Source: Bacillota bacterium (GTDB lineage Bacteria; Bacillota; Clostridia; Christensenellales; SZUA-584). From it: DNA of 64,000 bases. The first letter of the stretch is position 1. Each line of letters starts with the position of its first letter. The stretch spans positions 6,543 through 70,542 of the forward strand of contig JAEWCC010000035.1 in NCBI GenBank assembly GCA_023390815.1. Direction: 5' to 3'. The position numbers and the translations under genes are program-made. Below are positions 62,142-64,000 of this stretch, one piece after another. A model generated the notes under the pieces. The model was not told where the DNA came from. It saw only the letters and a program-made list of their open reading frames with translations, and did not search any database.

Positions 62142-62778
62142 AATTGCACCGTCCATACTTTCGGCGGATTTTACCAACATGATCGACGCAGTGAGGCTGC
62201 TGGAGCGGGCGGGAGCGGACTATATCCATTGTGACGTCATGGACGGTACATTTGTGCCCAACATCACGTTCGGCCAGTACATGGTGAGAGACCTGCGCAA
62301 ACATACGGCGTTGACGCTCGACGCGCATCTGATGGTGGATCGCCCCGAAAGGTTCGTCGAAGACTTTGCGAATTTCGGCGCGGATATCATCACGGTGCAC
62401 GCCGAAGCCAGTTTGCATCTTGACCGTACGCTGCAGATGATTCGCGCGGCAGGCAAGAAAGCCGGTGTGGCATTAAATCCGCATACGCCGCTCACCGTGC
62501 TCGATTACATATTGGAACGCGTCGATATGGTGCTCCTCATGTCCGTAAACCCCGGATTCGGCGGCCAGAGCTTCATCCCCAGCTCGCTGGAGAAGGCTTC
62601 ACGGCTTAAAGGCATGATCAACAGTCGCGGTCTTGATATCGATATCCAGATGGATGGGGGCATCGGGCTACACAATGTGAAAGAGGTCACCGAGGCGGGA
62701 GTGAATGTGATCGTCGCGGGCAACGCGATATTCAATACGCCCGACCCGGTGGAAACAATCCGTCAGATGAGGCTGTAA
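62134..62778 (+). CDS. rpe: ribulose-phosphate 3-epimerase
   Basis: IAPSILSADF, HCDVMDG, and MSVNPGFGGQ. Confidence 0.97.
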   Translation: MIKIAPSILSADFTNMIDAVRLLERAGADYIHCDVMDGTFVPNITFGQYMVRDLRKHTALTLDAHLMVDRPERFVEDFANFGADIITVHAEASLHLDRTLQMIRAAGKKAGVALNPHTPLTVLDYILERVDMVLLMSVNPGFGGQSFIPSSLEKASRLKGMINSRGLDIDIQMDGGIGLHNVKEVTEAGVNVIVAGNAIFNTPDPVETIRQMRL

Positions 62779-62781
62779 AAA

Positions 62782-63420
62782 ATGAATTGGCTCATCGTCA
62801 CAGGAGGCGCTGCGCCTGAAAGCGCGCTGCTCAAAGAGCAGGCTGCGCAGGCCGACCGCATCATAGCGGTAGACGGCGCTGCCGATTTACTCGTGCGCGA
62901 GAGAGTTGCGCCCCATGTGCTGATTGGCGATTTCGACACAGCCTCAAAGATAAGCATCGATATGCTGACCGCAGGAGGCGCGCAAGCCGTCCGGCTTCCC
63001 GTACATAAAAACATGACCGACACCGAAGCCGCGATGGATTATGCGCTGGATGCGGGCGCGGATGACATTACGATACTGGGCGCGCTGGGTACTCGCGCGG
63101 ATCATACGCTCTCCAACATCGGTATGTTGCTGCGCGCTTACCGCCGTGGCGCTGCATGCCGCATATTGGATGAATTCAACGTGCTGGAAGCCGCAACGGG
63201 GGAGTATACGCTCGCCGGTGTACCCGGCCAGACGGTTTCCATACTGCCGCTAACTGGGGACCTTATCGTAACGGCCAGCGGGCTTACTTACCCGTTGGAA
63301 GCGCTCTCACTGCCTTTCGGCTCATCGCGCGGGGTCAGCAACCTCATGAAAGGCACAAGCGCACACCTTTCTATTTCCGGCGGAATCGCGCTGATTATTC
63401 ATATCCGAAAAAATGCGTAA
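62782..63420 (+). CDS. thiN: thiamine diphosphokinase
   Basis: IAVDGAADLL...GDFDT...DTEAAMDYA pattern and a C-terminal TPK B1-binding domain. Position matches Bacillus yloS/thiN. Confidence 0.88.
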   Translation: MNWLIVTGGAAPESALLKEQAAQADRIIAVDGAADLLVRERVAPHVLIGDFDTASKISIDMLTAGGAQAVRLPVHKNMTDTEAAMDYALDAGADDITILGALGTRADHTLSNIGMLLRAYRRGAACRILDEFNVLEAATGEYTLAGVPGQTVSILPLTGDLIVTASGLTYPLEALSLPFGSSRGVSNLMKGTSAHLSISGGIALIIHIRKNA

Positions 63421-63486
63421 CATTTCTTCGCTCATCTCCGTATGATAAACAAGACGCAGTTCGTACAGCCCGCCGGAGGTGATCGC

Positions 63487-63648
63487 TTGAATTTTGGTAA
63501 CTGTTGGGGTAAGAAGATTATCGGATTTTTTCTGATATGCATCGGTGTGATCATGCTGATCTGCTTCATGCCGTACTGGCTATGGCTGGCCCTGCTGGGG
63601 CTTTTGCTGATTGGCGTGGGGTGTTTCGTACTTGCAAGGAGATTTTGA
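63487..63648 (+). CDS. small hypothetical membrane protein (two predicted TM helices)
   Basis: TTG 63487 lies 5 nt after GGAGGTG (the longest ORF starts at ATG 63442). Two hydrophobic stretches: IIGFFLICIGVIMLICF and LWLALLGLLLIGVGCFVLA. Confidence 0.5.
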   Translation: MNFGNCWGKKIIGFFLICIGVIMLICFMPYWLWLALLGLLLIGVGCFVLARRF

Positions 63649-63673
63649 CGAAGGTCATCAGGAGGTGTGTCGC

Positions 63674-63739
63674 ATGAAGATCTATTGCTTCAAAGCGCCG
63701 CGTTTTCTTCGCGGGTTACTGAGGAAAATATTCAGATAA
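63674..63739 (+). CDS. spoVM: stage V sporulation protein M (21-aa amphipathic miniprotein)
   Basis: Not in the ORF track because it is under 60 aa. AGGAGG lies 8 nt upstream of the ATG. MKIYCFKAPRFLRGLLRKIFR aligns with Bacillus SpoVM MKFYTIKLPKFLGGIVRAML. The thiN-spoVM-(rpmB opposite) position matches Bacillus. Confidence 0.8.
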   Translation: MKIYCFKAPRFLRGLLRKIFR

Positions 63740-63753
63740 AGCATACATAGGCC

Positions 63754-63782
63754 TTTGCCCGGAGCGCAGCGTTCCGGGCAAA
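63754..63782. terminator. 10-bp GC-rich hairpin after spoVM (non-canonical, no U-tract)
   Basis: TTTGCCCGGA-N9-TCCGGGCAAA lies 15 nt after the spoVM stop, between the convergent spoVM and rpmB. Confidence 0.4.
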
Positions 63783-63802
63783 TATATGCCGTGAAAAATG
63801 CG

Positions 63803-63833
63803 GTAAAATAATGAAAGCGGCTCGCTGGCCGCT
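63803..63833 (-). terminator. intrinsic terminator of rpmB
   Basis: The minus strand has an AGCGGC-CAGCGA-GCCGCT stem (63816-63833) followed by TTCATTATTTTA. Confidence 0.65.
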
Positions 63834-63870
63834 CTCGTGCAATCTTTTATGCTTTTAAGCATACCGCAAT

Positions 63871-64000
63871 CTAACCGCGGACAACCTTTCCTGAACGGAG
63901 GCACCGGGTGCAGACATAGATGTTTTTCGGGGCTCCATCGACAACGGCGCGCACGCGCTGCACGTTGGGGGACCAGGTGCGTTTTGCTTTGCGGTTGGAA
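63871..64000 (-). CDS. rpmB: 50S ribosomal protein L28, C-terminal part (5' end outside the window)
   Basis: The minus-strand frame reads ...SNRKAKRTWSPNVQRVRAVVDGAPKNIYVCTRCLRSGKVVRG* with the stop at 63873-63871. It is colinear with Bacillus L28 (...[38 protein letters not shown]). It is absent from the track because the start codon lies beyond base 64000. Confidence 0.9.
   Translation of the reverse strand, partial: SNRKAKRTWSPNVQRVRAVVDGAPKNIYVCTRCLRSGKVVRG

Noticed and set aside
63401-63486. Sporulation sigma-factor (sigma-E/sigma-K) promoter upstream of the small membrane gene and spoVM.
   Set aside because: Only loose resemblances (ACA ... CATCTCCGTATGATA) were seen. No match is convincing by eye, so this needs a proper matrix scan and transcript mapping.
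63716-63904. 62-aa minus-strand ORF from the track.
   Set aside because: It spans the spoVM 3' end, two terminator hairpins and the rpmB 3' end in a different frame from the clearly conserved L28 reading frame. No RBS and no recognisable sequence.

Overview
This is a GC-rich chromosomal core segment from an endospore-forming Firmicute, probably Clostridia-like (taxonomy is an inference from spoVS, spoVM, ylbJ and the gene order). I call 67 closely packed protein genes, 62 on the + strand and 5 on the - strand. I see no rRNA, tRNA, CRISPR array, transposase, integrase, phage gene or recognisable defence gene. Gene order reproduces several conserved Bacillus/Clostridium blocks: rsmD-coaD / ylbJ / ylbM(tmcAL); pta-ackA; T-box-hisS-aspS; trxA, spoVS; smc-ftsY-ylxM-ffh-rpsP-khpA-rimM-trmD; lepA-hemW-hrcA-grpE-dnaK-dnaJ-prmA-rsmE-mtaB; gatCAB; and yicC-remA-gmk-rpoZ-coaBC-priA-def-fmt-rsmB-rlmN-stp-prkC-rsgA-rpe-thiN-spoVM / rpmB. 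Regulatory elements readable from the sequence are a T-box leader, a perfect CIRCE operator, two tandem LexA (Cheo) boxes, several sigma-A-like promoters and several intrinsic terminators. Two genes are absent from the supplied ORF track: a 21-aa SpoVM homologue and the 3' part of rpmB at the window edge. I do not find a convincing new multi-gene system, and this is mostly ordinary housekeeping DNA. The best leads are: (1) an uncharacterised 586-aa lipoprotein embedded in a galU-ahcY-mtaD-X-gatCAB gene string; (2) an archaeal-type AhcY overlapping an MtaD-type deaminase, which suggests deamination-first SAH recycling; (3) promoter-then-hairpin arrangements upstream of ylxM-ffh and dnaJ; (4) a hisS-aspS T-box whose only plausible specifier is an Asp codon; (5) a probable ATT start for yicC. 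The many long antisense ORFs in the track are GC-bias shadows of the real genes.
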